DNA of 64,000 bases from an uncultured Poribacteria bacterium. Lineage in GTDB: Bacteria > Poribacteria > WGA-4E > WGA-3G. The notes under the pieces were generated by a model. That model was not told where the DNA came from, did not search any database, and saw nothing but the letters and a program-made list of their open reading frames with translations. The DNA is taken from assembly GCA_951813565.1 (NCBI GenBank), contig OX638351.1, positions 1,344,001 through 1,408,000 on the forward strand. Direction: 5' to 3'. The translations under genes and the position numbers were made by a program. Each line of letters opens with the position of its first letter. Position 1 is the stretch's first letter. Of this stretch, positions 48,586-58,689 are shown piece by piece.

Positions 48586-49730
48586 AAGTCAGACCTCCAT
48601 ATAGCCGAAGAGACAACTTCAGCAGCTTTAGTGCTAAATGCTGTCAATCCCCCAAAATCCGATACTGCTTCATCTGGATCTTCCGCATCTAATGTAGAAA
48701 TATCTTTGACATTTACAGCCTCATCCTGTCGGGAAAAATAATAGGTCTTGAATGTTTTTTTAAACACCGTTTCTACTAAAGGTTTGGAAAAGTAATTTGA
48801 TTTTAGCTCCAACACCTTCAATAACTCCTTTGGGTCAGCATGTGCTTTAATTAAAAATTGAATTGACCATACTAATTCAAGGATTTGTGCAGAATGGGTT
48901 GAGATAATAACCTTGTAACCGCGTCTCATAAGTTCTAAAAAGACAGTTAGCATAGATGAAATCGCCTTTGGATGCAATCCCATTTCTGGCTCTTCAATGA
49001 CAACCCAGTTTATTTCATTTTTTTTGTCTGTTTTACCTGAAGGCATTAACCAGTAAAGTCCGAGTAAGAGCGGAGTGAATTCTCTTTGTCCAGTTGACCA
49101 AGCCATGAACGGTAGTTGACTACCAGCGATATCCAAAACAATGCGTTTCCGTAAACCGGATCTATCAATTTTTACTTCACCCTTTCCAAATACGCTCTCT
49201 CCAATTGCATCACGCATTGTTTTATTCATACGGCCTGCCTGCGGAAAAATCATCCCTTCACCTGAACGGAATCCCCTTTCCATAAGAAGTCTTAACTTCT
49301 CACTAAATTGCTTTACAACATACGGATCGCCAATATTGTAATCTGTAAATGCTCGTGGCCATCCATCTTTAAGCGTTACAACCCGATGTGCCGGTATCAG
49401 AAAAAGACTCTCATCTTTCTTTCTCCTTAATAACGCGTTTCGAGGTGTAAAATCCATCTTATTAAAGGTGACTATTGTCTCATCCTTGTTCCATATTCCC
49501 TCCATCCCTTCACCGAAATAAAGGGATAAAAAATTCTCAACTTTTTTTTGCCAATCAAAACCGTGTTTTTTGAGAGTTTGCGTAATATCGCCTGCGTCTA
49601 AAATTAACTTTACAAGTTGGAGTAGAATGCTCTTTCCACTCGCTTGTTCACCGACAAATACCGTCAGATCACCAAAGGCTATATCGGCTTCACGAATTTG
49701 TCCCAGCGATGTTAGTGTGAGACGTTTCAT
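48582..49730 (-). CDS. ABC-type (AAA_15/AAA_21-like) ATPase
   Basis: Walker A GEQASGKS, signature WSTGQRE, Walker B IEEPEMGLHP, ISTHS. Confidence 0.85.
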   Translation of the reverse strand: MKRLTLTSLGQIREADIAFGDLTVFVGEQASGKSILLQLVKLILDAGDITQTLKKHGFDWQKKVENFLSLYFGEGMEGIWNKDETIVTFNKMDFTPRNALLRRKKDESLFLIPAHRVVTLKDGWPRAFTDYNIGDPYVVKQFSEKLRLLMERGFRSGEGMIFPQAGRMNKTMRDAIGESVFGKGEVKIDRSGLRKRIVLDIAGSQLPFMAWSTGQREFTPLLLGLYWLMPSGKTDKKNEINWVVIEEPEMGLHPKAISSMLTVFLELMRRGYKVIISTHSAQILELVWSIQFLIKAHADPKELLKVLELKSNYFSKPLVETVFKKTFKTYYFSRQDEAVNVKDISTLDAEDPDEAVSDFGGLTAFSTKAAEVVSSAIWRSDL

Positions 49731-49756
49731 GGCTTCTTACTCCTTTATGCTTTTTA

Positions 49757-50664
49757 TAGTAGATATTGAAAATAAGTTTACATTTTCTGGGATTTATGCT
49801 AGCCTTTATAATTATGGCATATTCAACAGATTTACGCAAACGCGTGCTTGATTTCATCAATAATGGTGGCAGTAAAGCCGCCGCAGAACGCACTTTTCGT
49901 GTCTCAAGAAGAACGATCTATAACTGGTTGGAAGCAGAAGACCCCTTCGCCTGTGAAAAACCGGGACCCAAAGGGCCCCGAGATATTGATTATGACGCAC
50001 TTCAGCAACATGTTGCCGATTTCCCAGATTCCACACTCGCCGAACGTGCTAAACACTTCGGTGTTTCAACAAATGGCATCTTTTATGCCTTCTCAAAACT
50101 CAATATCACGCGAAAAAAAAGACCACGACCTACAAAGAACAGTGTCCGATAAAACGCCAAGAGTATCTTTCGGCACTTCAACAAGAGACACAGGCGCATG
50201 GCAAAACACCGGTTTATCTTGACGAAAGTGGTTTCACTGAAACCACTTTCCGTCGGTATGCTTATGCCCCGAAAGGTGTCCGTGTTGAAGATAAAGTGCC
50301 AAGCCATCGGTATACCACCACGACGCTGATTGCTGCAAGGCTTGATGGATGTTTCACAGCACCTGTGCTTTTCGAGGGCAGTTGCGACGCGGTCGCCTTC
50401 AACAGTTGGCTTTCGGAAATGTTGTGTCCATTGCTTGACGATAGCCATGTTGTGATTATGGATAATGCGTCTTTCCACAAAGGTTCACAGACGGCGGCAT
50501 TGATCCGGGATTGCGGTGCGAGTTTGTTGTTTTTACCGCCGTATTCACCGGAGTTGAACCCGATTGAGAAGGATTTCGCCAACATCAAGCGGATACGTCA
50601 ATACAACGCTGAGACCTCTATTGATGATATTATAAAAGTGTATAAGTAATTACGGGATTTACTA
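49757..50664 (+). mobile_element. IS630-family element, transposase in two ORFs (49814-50152 and -1 frame to 50649)
   Basis: TA flanks; MAYSTDLRKRV HTH; A8G slippery run near 50113-50121; LDESG, MDNASFH, LPPYSPELNPIE. Confidence 0.88.
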
Positions 50665-50672
50665 TAAAATTA

Positions 50673-52080
50673 CGCAATAAGTAGTTTTGGACTTGCAAAA
50701 AGCCCTTAAGCGTTATGGAAATTTATACTTAATAGGGTATGAGAATTCGGAAAAGCACTAAACGGCGAAGACTAATGTCTAACTCTAATCTGTGAGAACT
50801 TCTGCCCCTCCAACTCACATCGGTATAAAAGTTGAGCGCGCTTGATAGATACTTTGCAACGGCAGACAATTCTTCTAATCGTTTTGCCGTTGTGATATTA
50901 GTGTGGTCCAGCTTGTCAAGACCTTATTCTTTAAGTTTTTCTGCCATCGTTGAGTGAGTCTTCATCTCATACTCTCATTGACAAACTTATCAAAAATGCT
51001 CTCAATGCTCCTATAGTTGTATTTATAGCACGCCTCTGCGACATATAGGGGCGTGTATTCAGTCCAATAGTGGTGATGACTTCCATACCAAGCACGTTTG
51101 AGAAGTGACCAGAAGCCTTCAATCGTATTGGTATGGACATCACCGTCAACAAATTGTTCTTGATGATCAATGATATGGTGCTTCATCTCTTTACCGAGTG
51201 TGAGATAAGCTTTATACTCATCAGTCATCAACTGCGATTTATCTACTTTAACAACTTCGCGAATAAAATTTAAGATAGTCCGTCCCGTCAAATCTTTTGC
51301 GAGTCTTGCCACAACTTTCCCACCGCGTTCAATCGCTCCGATGATAGCATCTTTATCAGTGCCACGCCCACGCTTAGCAGGATCCCTGTCCTCTTTTTTG
51401 TTCGCTTTGCGAGGTTTACCCCCGACATAAGTTTCGTCAGCCTCTATGATACCTTGTAAGAGGATATTATCTTTAGCCATTTCAGCACGGATACATGTTC
51501 CCATACGCCACGCAGTCTTTTGATCCAAGTCCAAATCTCTTGCCAACTGATGACTTGAAAGGCTCTTTTTAGCATTCATCATCAACGAGATAGCCAAAAA
51601 CCACTTCTGAAGTGCTATCTTTGTCCCGTGAAACACCGTGCCACAAGTAACCTTGAAAGTAGCAGTGCAATCGTGGCATTGCAAGCGTCCGATGCGTCCC
51701 AATTCCGTTTCTGTTCGTCTTGCCACGTTTAGGCAATCACAATGTGGACACTTCGGTTTACCCTTCCACCGAATACTCTCTAAATGTTCAATACAACTCT
51801 CTTGATCAGGGAATCGTTCCATCACTTTCAACAAATCCATCAGAAAACTCCTTTTTAGGAGTTGCTTTTTCTGACAGGTTTCTGATACAATAACTAGATA
51901 AGACAGAATGCCAGAAAAGCAACTCGCTTTTTTGTGTTCAATTAGGGGGTTAACAGCCCTCTAATTTCTTATCTAAATTGTATCATATTTTCACAATTAA
52001 AACAAGCGAAAAATGTAGTCTAAACAAGGATTTAGAGCGATTTTTAAAATTTTGTTGCAAGTCCAAAACTACTTATTGCG
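50673..52080 (-). mobile_element. IS1595-family element
   Basis: 26-bp perfect TIR cgcaataagtagttttggacttgcaa; 8-bp TSD taaaatta. Confidence 0.92.
50962..51840 (-). CDS. IS1595-family DDE transposase
   Basis: Zn ribbon CPHC/CHDC, EADETYVGG, TDE, HTNTIEGFWS. Confidence 0.92.
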   Translation of the reverse strand: MDLLKVMERFPDQESCIEHLESIRWKGKPKCPHCDCLNVARRTETELGRIGRLQCHDCTATFKVTCGTVFHGTKIALQKWFLAISLMMNAKKSLSSHQLARDLDLDQKTAWRMGTCIRAEMAKDNILLQGIIEADETYVGGKPRKANKKEDRDPAKRGRGTDKDAIIGAIERGGKVVARLAKDLTGRTILNFIREVVKVDKSQLMTDEYKAYLTLGKEMKHHIIDHQEQFVDGDVHTNTIEGFWSLLKRAWYGSHHHYWTEYTPLYVAEACYKYNYRSIESIFDKFVNESMR

Positions 52081-52117
52081 TAAAATTATCATGAAATTGT
52101 TCATCTTATTTATCTTT

Positions 52118-52270
52118 TTACTTCCCTTCCGGATATTTCAATTCTTCCCAAATAGAGTGCATCTGCCACACATCCATTGAAACAATCTTCGCCTCGCCAC
52201 CAATAGCAAATAGTGAGATGCCGTTGCTATCATCCTGCAGCAGATAGGCACGAGCAACAGCACATTGCCG
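52118..52270 (-). pseudogene. C-terminal remnant of a GH32 paralog
   Basis: RQCAVARAYLLQDDSNGISLFAIGGEAKIVSMDVWQMHSIW aligns by eye with the C-terminus of 53314-54870. Confidence 0.6.
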
Positions 52271-52472
52271 TGAAAATAGCGGAAATAGCTTATCAATAAC
52301 GTGAGTTTAATAATATAATTCAATAACCACTGTCCGTTGGGTAGAACGGAATACACAATAAAATCGGACATAAAAGTGTGTGAAACCCAACTCTTAATTA
52401 CTTCCAATACGGTTGAATTGTTGGGTTTCGCTGCGCTCTGCCAAGTTTCACGGACAAGTAGAGCTTAAAGGT

Positions 52473-53129
52473 TTAAAAACCGCTACTTTTTACAAACTTA
52501 ACGAATTTCCACTTATTTCCAACAGGTTTTATGGATATTTTGTCAAGAATATTAAACATCCCATTAGGGGGTAGAGGGTCTATAAATGTTACGTGCATCT
52601 TTTCTCCAGATGCCTTTTGCACTACAGCGTCACTGATGTATGCCTTGCCATCTTTAATAGTAAAATTCGGTATCGTCACCAATTCTACCGTAATCGCACC
52701 AGTGGTAGGCTTAACAATGGCATTTGTAGTTTTTGAAGGGCTGTCTGAAGATCGAATTTGCTTCTCTCCAGATGCATCTATTATACGAACCAAGTTGTGT
52801 TCATTGCTGGACAAAAGGGTAACACCTCTATCGGTGTTTTTATTTCTTGTAGATATCATTGAACCCTTTTCATCTGTGGTAAGGGATACTATATTCTTTG
52901 CAGGTGGAAAGGGTTCGCTAATGAGGGTGATGTTACATGTTTTGCCATCTACGGAAAGGACGATATTATTCTTCTGATTTGCATCTCCAATAAGAATGCT
53001 TTCCTCAACATGTAATTTTTTCACACTTTGCCAATCATTGTCTGCGCCTATATTGTCTATACTACCAGCAATATATCCGATAGTAGCTACGAATCCTCCC
53101 AAAAGGATATATCCAATTTTCTTCAACAA
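52473..53129 (-). CDS. Hypothetical exported protein
   Basis: GGAG RBS, TTG start, N-terminal hydrophobic segment. Confidence 0.6.
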   Translation of the reverse strand: MLKKIGYILLGGFVATIGYIAGSIDNIGADNDWQSVKKLHVEESILIGDANQKNNIVLSVDGKTCNITLISEPFPPAKNIVSLTTDEKGSMISTRNKNTDRGVTLLSSNEHNLVRIIDASGEKQIRSSDSPSKTTNAIVKPTTGAITVELVTIPNFTIKDGKAYISDAVVQKASGEKMHVTFIDPLPPNGMFNILDKISIKPVGNKWKFVKFVKSSGF

Positions 53130-53313
53130 GAGTTAATCTCCTTATTTTTATGGCATGTTATAAGAGTTTTTCCGTACAGTCAACTGCGGTTTAGAGTTGA
53201 ATTTTTATATCACAATGCGTCTCTCACATGGCTATTCAATTCGAAATTTTGGTAGTCGCAATTAAGGCACGACTACCAAAACTTCTTGGGCGAACTAAGA
53301 CAGCGGAAATTTC

Positions 53314-54870
53314 CTACGCATAAATGTTTTTCATCTGCCAAGCATCCAGCGATTTGAGTTCACTGTCTTGCCCTTGAGAACGCAAAGATACACCAACACT
53401 ATCTTCTCTGTCGGGATAGACGCGCATCGCGACACATTGCCGTCCATTAGCGAATACTTCCACAACACTCTTGTCAACAAACACACGCAATTTGAGCGTT
53501 TCGTCTCCCAGAATTGAAAGTGTACCAGTTTCGGGCGCACGCGAACGCACATCCGGTGCTATAGATGAATACGAAGAATCAATCGTTAGCAGGCTATCGC
53601 GAACATTTCTGTCTGAATTGAGGTTTCGCATACCGCGTTCTCTGAAGAAGGCGATACGTGTAAATTCCTCTTTCTGAGGGGAACGAAGAATGTTCAGTTC
53701 AACCATTGGTGCGCTTTTCGCGTCAATTTCAAACTCAAGTTCCATGGCGTTGCCCTTTATGTTTTCTAACACAACTTCTTCGTTAGCAGGAAGTGTTGTC
53801 GCATCAACATGCTGGTGGTCATATCGCAACGATTCAATATCGCCTGCAGGTTCAATACCGATTTCATCTTTAGAGAGAAGTGTCAAACGGCGCGGCAACG
53901 TCATAATCTGATTCCAACCCTTCGTGGGTTTTGCGGGGTTCATGTTATAGATTACGATGATACCACCTTCACCATCAGGTGTCGCAGAAGGTGCGTGGAC
54001 ACCAGCGGGCGATGCCGCCCCGAAATTGTTTTTCGCACCTGCTGTTACAACGAACTTGTCGCGTGCTTTGTCGTAATCACCAAGTAGGTATTGCCCACCG
54101 CTCATGTGGCTAAAAAATAGAAGCATGTGTCGGTCACCTATCGGCCAAAAATAGGGACAAGCACCATCATCGCCGACCAACGTGTATTGATCATCTTCAA
54201 CGAATGGATGCAGATAGACCCAGTTCGCCAAGTCTGCTGAGCGGAGTAGGAAGTTGGCGCGAACCGGTTTACCGCCAGGGCCGTTCGGCAGCGTTCCACC
54301 CGATAGCGAGTAATACATGTCATCCTTCTTCCAGATGCATGGATCAAAGACACGATAAACAGGTGTTGTGCCATCAGCATGTCTTGAGGGAATGACTGCC
54401 TTACCAGATACCTTCTCCCAATTCAGAAGGAGTGGATCACTTGAAACTGCTACCATATTGCCGACAACCGTCCCATGATACATCGCAATCACGCGGTCTT
54501 CTTCCACAAAGGTTGAACCGGAGAAACAGCAGCGTTCCGGATTCGGATAAATAGCGTAGGGTAGATCACGCCAATGGATAAGGTCATCGCTAACGGCGTG
54601 TCCCCAGTGCTGCCGTGTATCTTCAGGTGGATATGCTTGGTAGAAAAGATGCCATTGTCCCTGCCAGAAGCAAAGCCCATTTGGGTCGTTAAGCATCGCT
54701 TCTGGGTTGATGTAGTGGTAGATTGGACGATGTGGGTCGCCTTCGTAAGTCTTCCGATAATCATTCAACCGTTGCATCAACGGATTTGTCTTTAACTGTT
54801 TTTCCTGTTCTTCCAACGTTTCCGCGAAAGTATAGTGCGGTACTTTAGAGGTGAAGTCTTCGTTAGCCAT
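53314..54870 (-). CDS. Glycoside hydrolase family 32 protein
   Basis: LNDPNG, HLFYQ, WGHAVS, FSGS, FDP, DKSVVEVF; the usual EC acid/base motif reads GACP. Confidence 0.88.
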   Translation of the reverse strand: MANEDFTSKVPHYTFAETLEEQEKQLKTNPLMQRLNDYRKTYEGDPHRPIYHYINPEAMLNDPNGLCFWQGQWHLFYQAYPPEDTRQHWGHAVSDDLIHWRDLPYAIYPNPERCCFSGSTFVEEDRVIAMYHGTVVGNMVAVSSDPLLLNWEKVSGKAVIPSRHADGTTPVYRVFDPCIWKKDDMYYSLSGGTLPNGPGGKPVRANFLLRSADLANWVYLHPFVEDDQYTLVGDDGACPYFWPIGDRHMLLFFSHMSGGQYLLGDYDKARDKFVVTAGAKNNFGAASPAGVHAPSATPDGEGGIIVIYNMNPAKPTKGWNQIMTLPRRLTLLSKDEIGIEPAGDIESLRYDHQHVDATTLPANEEVVLENIKGNAMELEFEIDAKSAPMVELNILRSPQKEEFTRIAFFRERGMRNLNSDRNVRDSLLTIDSSYSSIAPDVRSRAPETGTLSILGDETLKLRVFVDKSVVEVFANGRQCVAMRVYPDREDSVGVSLRSQGQDSELKSLDAWQMKNIYA

Positions 54871-54974
54871 AGTTTCTCCTCTGCATAATGTCTATGAGAT
54901 ATATAGTTTTAACATAGCATAGTATTGGTTGCATGTCCAGAAAAATTGTCGCTTATACAGAGGGATTTAGATTA

Positions 54975-55084
54975 TAGTGAAATCCATAATTATCTGGACA
55001 TTGGCGAGGTTAGGAAACCTCGCCAGCGCGAGTGTATGGGGATTGTTATTCATTGAAATGTGAACATATTTTCGGATTTTACTA
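54975..55084. mobile_element. TA-flanked (IS630/Tc1-type) MITE with internal REP hairpin
   Basis: tagtgaaatcc / ggattttacta ends flanked by TA; internal ggcgaggttaggaaacctcgcc. Confidence 0.65.
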
Positions 55085-55294
55085 TAAACAGAAAGGGGTT
55101 TTCGGCGGGAAAAGTAGAAGAGAATTGATTTCTTTGAGATTAGGAGATAGGAGTTCGTTGTAGAAAATGATTAAATATTCATCATCAAACGGGACTTGGA
55201 ATTGGCTTCAAGATGTGGTCTCTGCAGAATTAAATTTAACGATTTCTTCCCAAAGTATGTTACCGTCAGCATTGCAAAATTTTGTAGGCATAAT

Positions 55295-56142
55295 TCAAAT
55301 AGTTGTCCTCATCTCGTGCTCAATCTTAAATTGTGTCGGTTTGATGTTCTCTTTGGCAACCTGATAATACTGAGGAAAAATTTCAATACCAGCGGAATTC
55401 CTTAACAACTTTTGAGCAACCTGACAAGTCGTCGCTGAACCTGCAAATGGGTCAAGCACCCAATCATTTTCTTGCGTAAACAATTTGATAAACCATTCAG
55501 GCAATGTCTTGGGAAAAACAGCACTATGTTTCCTATTTCCTGTTTCTGTTGCTAAGTGCAAAACATTTGTCGGATACGCCATTTTTCGGTCTAACCAATT
55601 TGAAACGTTTTTACCAAACCCGCTGCCTACCTTTGACGTATCTCGACTCTGATCTGTCTCGCTGAGATTTTTCAATCTTTTTTGTGCCCAATTTCCCATC
55701 GGTACCATAACAGCCTCTTGATACATATTGAACTTTTTGGTTTTGTTAAACTGTAGACATCTTTCCCAAGCATCTCTGAATCGGTTCGGCCATTTGCCCG
55801 GATAGCTATTTTTTTTGTGCCAGATAAACTCTTCTGTCCACAACCAACCCTGTTTTTCATTTCAAGTATCAACTCAATAACATAGGTATGCCGTTCTCCG
55901 TTGACGGCTTTCTCTTTAATGTTTAGGATGAATGTGCCAGATGGCTTGAGGACCCTTAAAAATTGTTCAGCGCGAGGCATAAACCAATTCACATATTCAT
56001 TAGGATTGATCCCACCGTACGTTTTTGATCGGCGGTCCGCATACGGAGGAGAGGTCACAATCAGGTCAAATAAATCAGTTTCAAAATTGGACAGGACCTC
56101 TAAACAATCTCCAAGATAAAGGTCTGTTTTTATTGCTGTCAT
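55295..56142 (-). pseudogene. Beta-class N4-C/N6-A DNA methyltransferase, frameshifted in an A5 run at 55853-55857
   Basis: TSPPY in ORF 55672-56142; HSAVFP and LDPFAGS in ORF 55295-55843; one extra A fuses them. Confidence 0.8.
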
Positions 56143-56356
56143 TGCATGAGCTGCCTTTTACTATCCATAAATGCCATTACAGTGTGCGGGAGAACATTGT
56201 AGAACAAGTATCTATCAAATAGTACCATATTTCCTCTGAAAAGGTCAAGTCAAAGATTTTAGTGTAAGGCACACTATGAATTACGCCACTACAAGCAATT
56301 ATGTTGCATCAATTAATTGTTGCGAAAAGCACGGATAATTGGTATTCTCTCATGAA

Positions 56357-57832
56357 ATGAAAAGGCAGATTGGACAAGTTTTTACCCCCATAAAATGGGC
56401 AGAATGGCTCATCAATAAGTGGAACATTTTTGATGCGTGGCTTGACGGCGCACATATCTGCGACCCGACAGCGGGGCAGGGTGCGTTTGTGCTTACGATG
56501 CTCCATATCGCGCGAAGCAGAGGAATTCCTATTACTACCGAACGTTTGTCCCGTCTGACGCTTATTGAGATAGTTCCCTCACATCTTGATCAGTTCAGAA
56601 AAAATGTGCAACAAGAATTTGGTGTTGATTTTCCAACCTCTCAAATCTTCTGTCAAGATGTTATCACGGAGACGCATACGCAACAATATGACATTCTCAT
56701 TGGGAATCCGCCGTGGGCAAACTTCGGAGACTTACCTACGGCTTACAAAACAGAAATTAAACCCTATTTTGTTCAAGAAGGACTTGTTTCGGATACGCAA
56801 CGGACGCTTTTGGGTTCTTCTCGCGTTGATATAGCTGCATTAGTGTTGAAAGTTGTTTTGGGGAAACTACTCAGAAAGAACGGTTTGGGATTTTTCTATC
56901 TTCCCACGTCTCTCTTTTTTGGTGATGGTGCGCATAACGGATTTAGAAATTACAATGCCGATCTCCGTAATTTTGCTGTGGATACTGTCTATGAATTTAC
57001 ATCTATTAAAGTGTTTGATGGGGTTAACACTGCATACTGTTGTGCCAAGTTTCAAGGTGATACACAACAGAAATTTCCTGTCACATATTTCAAAGAGTTG
57101 GACAGAAATTGGGTTGAACATAAGGCTTTACCGCTCAAAAATCCTGCTGACCCCTGGCGGATCGTTCAAAACCTTGACGAACTCAAGGCAGGCGCAACAC
57201 TTGAAATCAGATTGACATCTGAACAAAAGCCACGACAAGGCGTGAATACATGCGGCGCGAATAGTGTCTTTATCTTTGACCACAAACCTTCGCATCTCCC
57301 CCAAGGATTTCTATATCCTCTTGCCAGCAAGGAGATGTGGCGGCAAAATGTATTATCGCCTCACAAATGGATTCTGCTGCCGTATCATCGGGAAATCGGA
57401 AAACCGCTCACATGGGATCAAATCAAAAAATATGACGCATTGCGGAACTATCTTCAGCGCTACCAAGACCAACTACAAGCAAGGAAAGGCACGATGCTGC
57501 GTGCGTCTATGAATAGAGGGAGTTGGTGGGCGATGCTTGGTGTTGGTCCCTATTCGTTTGCACCTTTCAAGGTGATATGGCAGGCGTATGGGAAGAATCA
57601 ATTTAACCCGATTATATTAAGCAGTGTAGATGGGCAGATGTGGCAAGGCAATCAGGCGATGCATGCGTTTATTCCATGCTGGTGTGAAGATGATGCACAT
57701 AGGATAAAGACAGCGCTTGAGAACCCTGAAATTCCGATATTGTTGCGGCAACTCAATGGGGCAGGAAAGTGTAACTGGGCACAACCGGGAAAGATAAAGA
57801 AGATGCTATCGTTTGATGAGGTTGAAAAGTAG
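56357..57832 (+). CDS. Gamma-class N6-adenine DNA methyltransferase (TaqI/Eco57I-like)
   Basis: GQVFTP, DPTAGQG, GNPPW, followed by a TRD-like region. Confidence 0.8.
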   Translation: MKRQIGQVFTPIKWAEWLINKWNIFDAWLDGAHICDPTAGQGAFVLTMLHIARSRGIPITTERLSRLTLIEIVPSHLDQFRKNVQQEFGVDFPTSQIFCQDVITETHTQQYDILIGNPPWANFGDLPTAYKTEIKPYFVQEGLVSDTQRTLLGSSRVDIAALVLKVVLGKLLRKNGLGFFYLPTSLFFGDGAHNGFRNYNADLRNFAVDTVYEFTSIKVFDGVNTAYCCAKFQGDTQQKFPVTYFKELDRNWVEHKALPLKNPADPWRIVQNLDELKAGATLEIRLTSEQKPRQGVNTCGANSVFIFDHKPSHLPQGFLYPLASKEMWRQNVLSPHKWILLPYHREIGKPLTWDQIKKYDALRNYLQRYQDQLQARKGTMLRASMNRGSWWAMLGVGPYSFAPFKVIWQAYGKNQFNPIILSSVDGQMWQGNQAMHAFIPCWCEDDAHRIKTALENPEIPILLRQLNGAGKCNWAQPGKIKKMLSFDEVEK

Positions 57833-57934
57833 ATTCAATTGAAAATTAAGACGGAAAGTTGCTTTTACAGCGAAAGCGAATGTTTTGTATATTTGGGGAT
57901 ACAACTGCATGGTATCCCCAAACATTGATTCAAA

Positions 57935-58675
57935 TTATCGTAAAGATTTCAGTTGTGCCCATGTTGTTGCTAATTTTCCTTCAGGTTCAACATCAAACGC
58001 ATTGTCCCAGCCGTGTGTCAGTTGCTGAATCTCTTTTTGGTCGAGAGCGCGACTGAGAATGACAATCTCATCAATGCCACCGTGGTAAGTCTCAGAAGCA
58101 AATTTGAGTTGAAGCGGTGAACCTTTGGCGATCTCACCATTCCACTTTGGATCCCATGCTGCCTTACCAGCATCCAGTGCTCCGTTAGCGCTTTCTGGTT
58201 CACCATCAATATACATCTCCATAGTTTCCCCATCGTATGTCGCAGCGACATGGTACCATTTTTTCTGTTCTAACTCTGTTTTGCCATAAAAACCAGGTGA
58301 GAGCCCTGGTGTCCAGATTCTAAACGAAAAACTGTTAGGGACAGGTTCACCAGCAGATTGGTCTTCTAACAAATATGCACCATTTTTTCTAATACCTGTA
58401 TCTGAGTCTGCATCAACTCGGAACCATGCAGCAATTGTCAAACCTGTTTTGATGCTTAAGATGCTGTCCGAATCTTGAACATCAATACTGCCTCCACCTG
58501 CAGCAACGACAGCCTGACCGAACTTACCATCTTCAAATTTGAAATCCCCGTTAACCTTTCCATCATTTTTGTTTCCTGACGAATCGTCAGCATTGCCTTC
58601 AAACAGCCATACACCAACGATCGCTTCGTCGTTTTGCTCAAGTGACCATGAAACAGCACAGAGACATAAGAGCAA
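57935..58675 (-). CDS. Secreted LamG-like protein with C-terminal KLATTW motif; 5' end abuts TnpB element B
   Basis: VGVWLFEG, WYHVAATYDG, GGIDEIVILSRAL, VEPEGKLATTWAQLK. Confidence 0.8.
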   Translation of the reverse strand: MLLCLCAVSWSLEQNDEAIVGVWLFEGNADDSSGNKNDGKVNGDFKFEDGKFGQAVVAAGGGSIDVQDSDSILSIKTGLTIAAWFRVDADSDTGIRKNGAYLLEDQSAGEPVPNSFSFRIWTPGLSPGFYGKTELEQKKWYHVAATYDGETMEMYIDGEPESANGALDAGKAAWDPKWNGEIAKGSPLQLKFASETYHGGIDEIVILSRALDQKEIQQLTHGWDNAFDVEPEGKLATTWAQLKSLR

Positions 58676-58689
58676 CGCTATACTTATAC

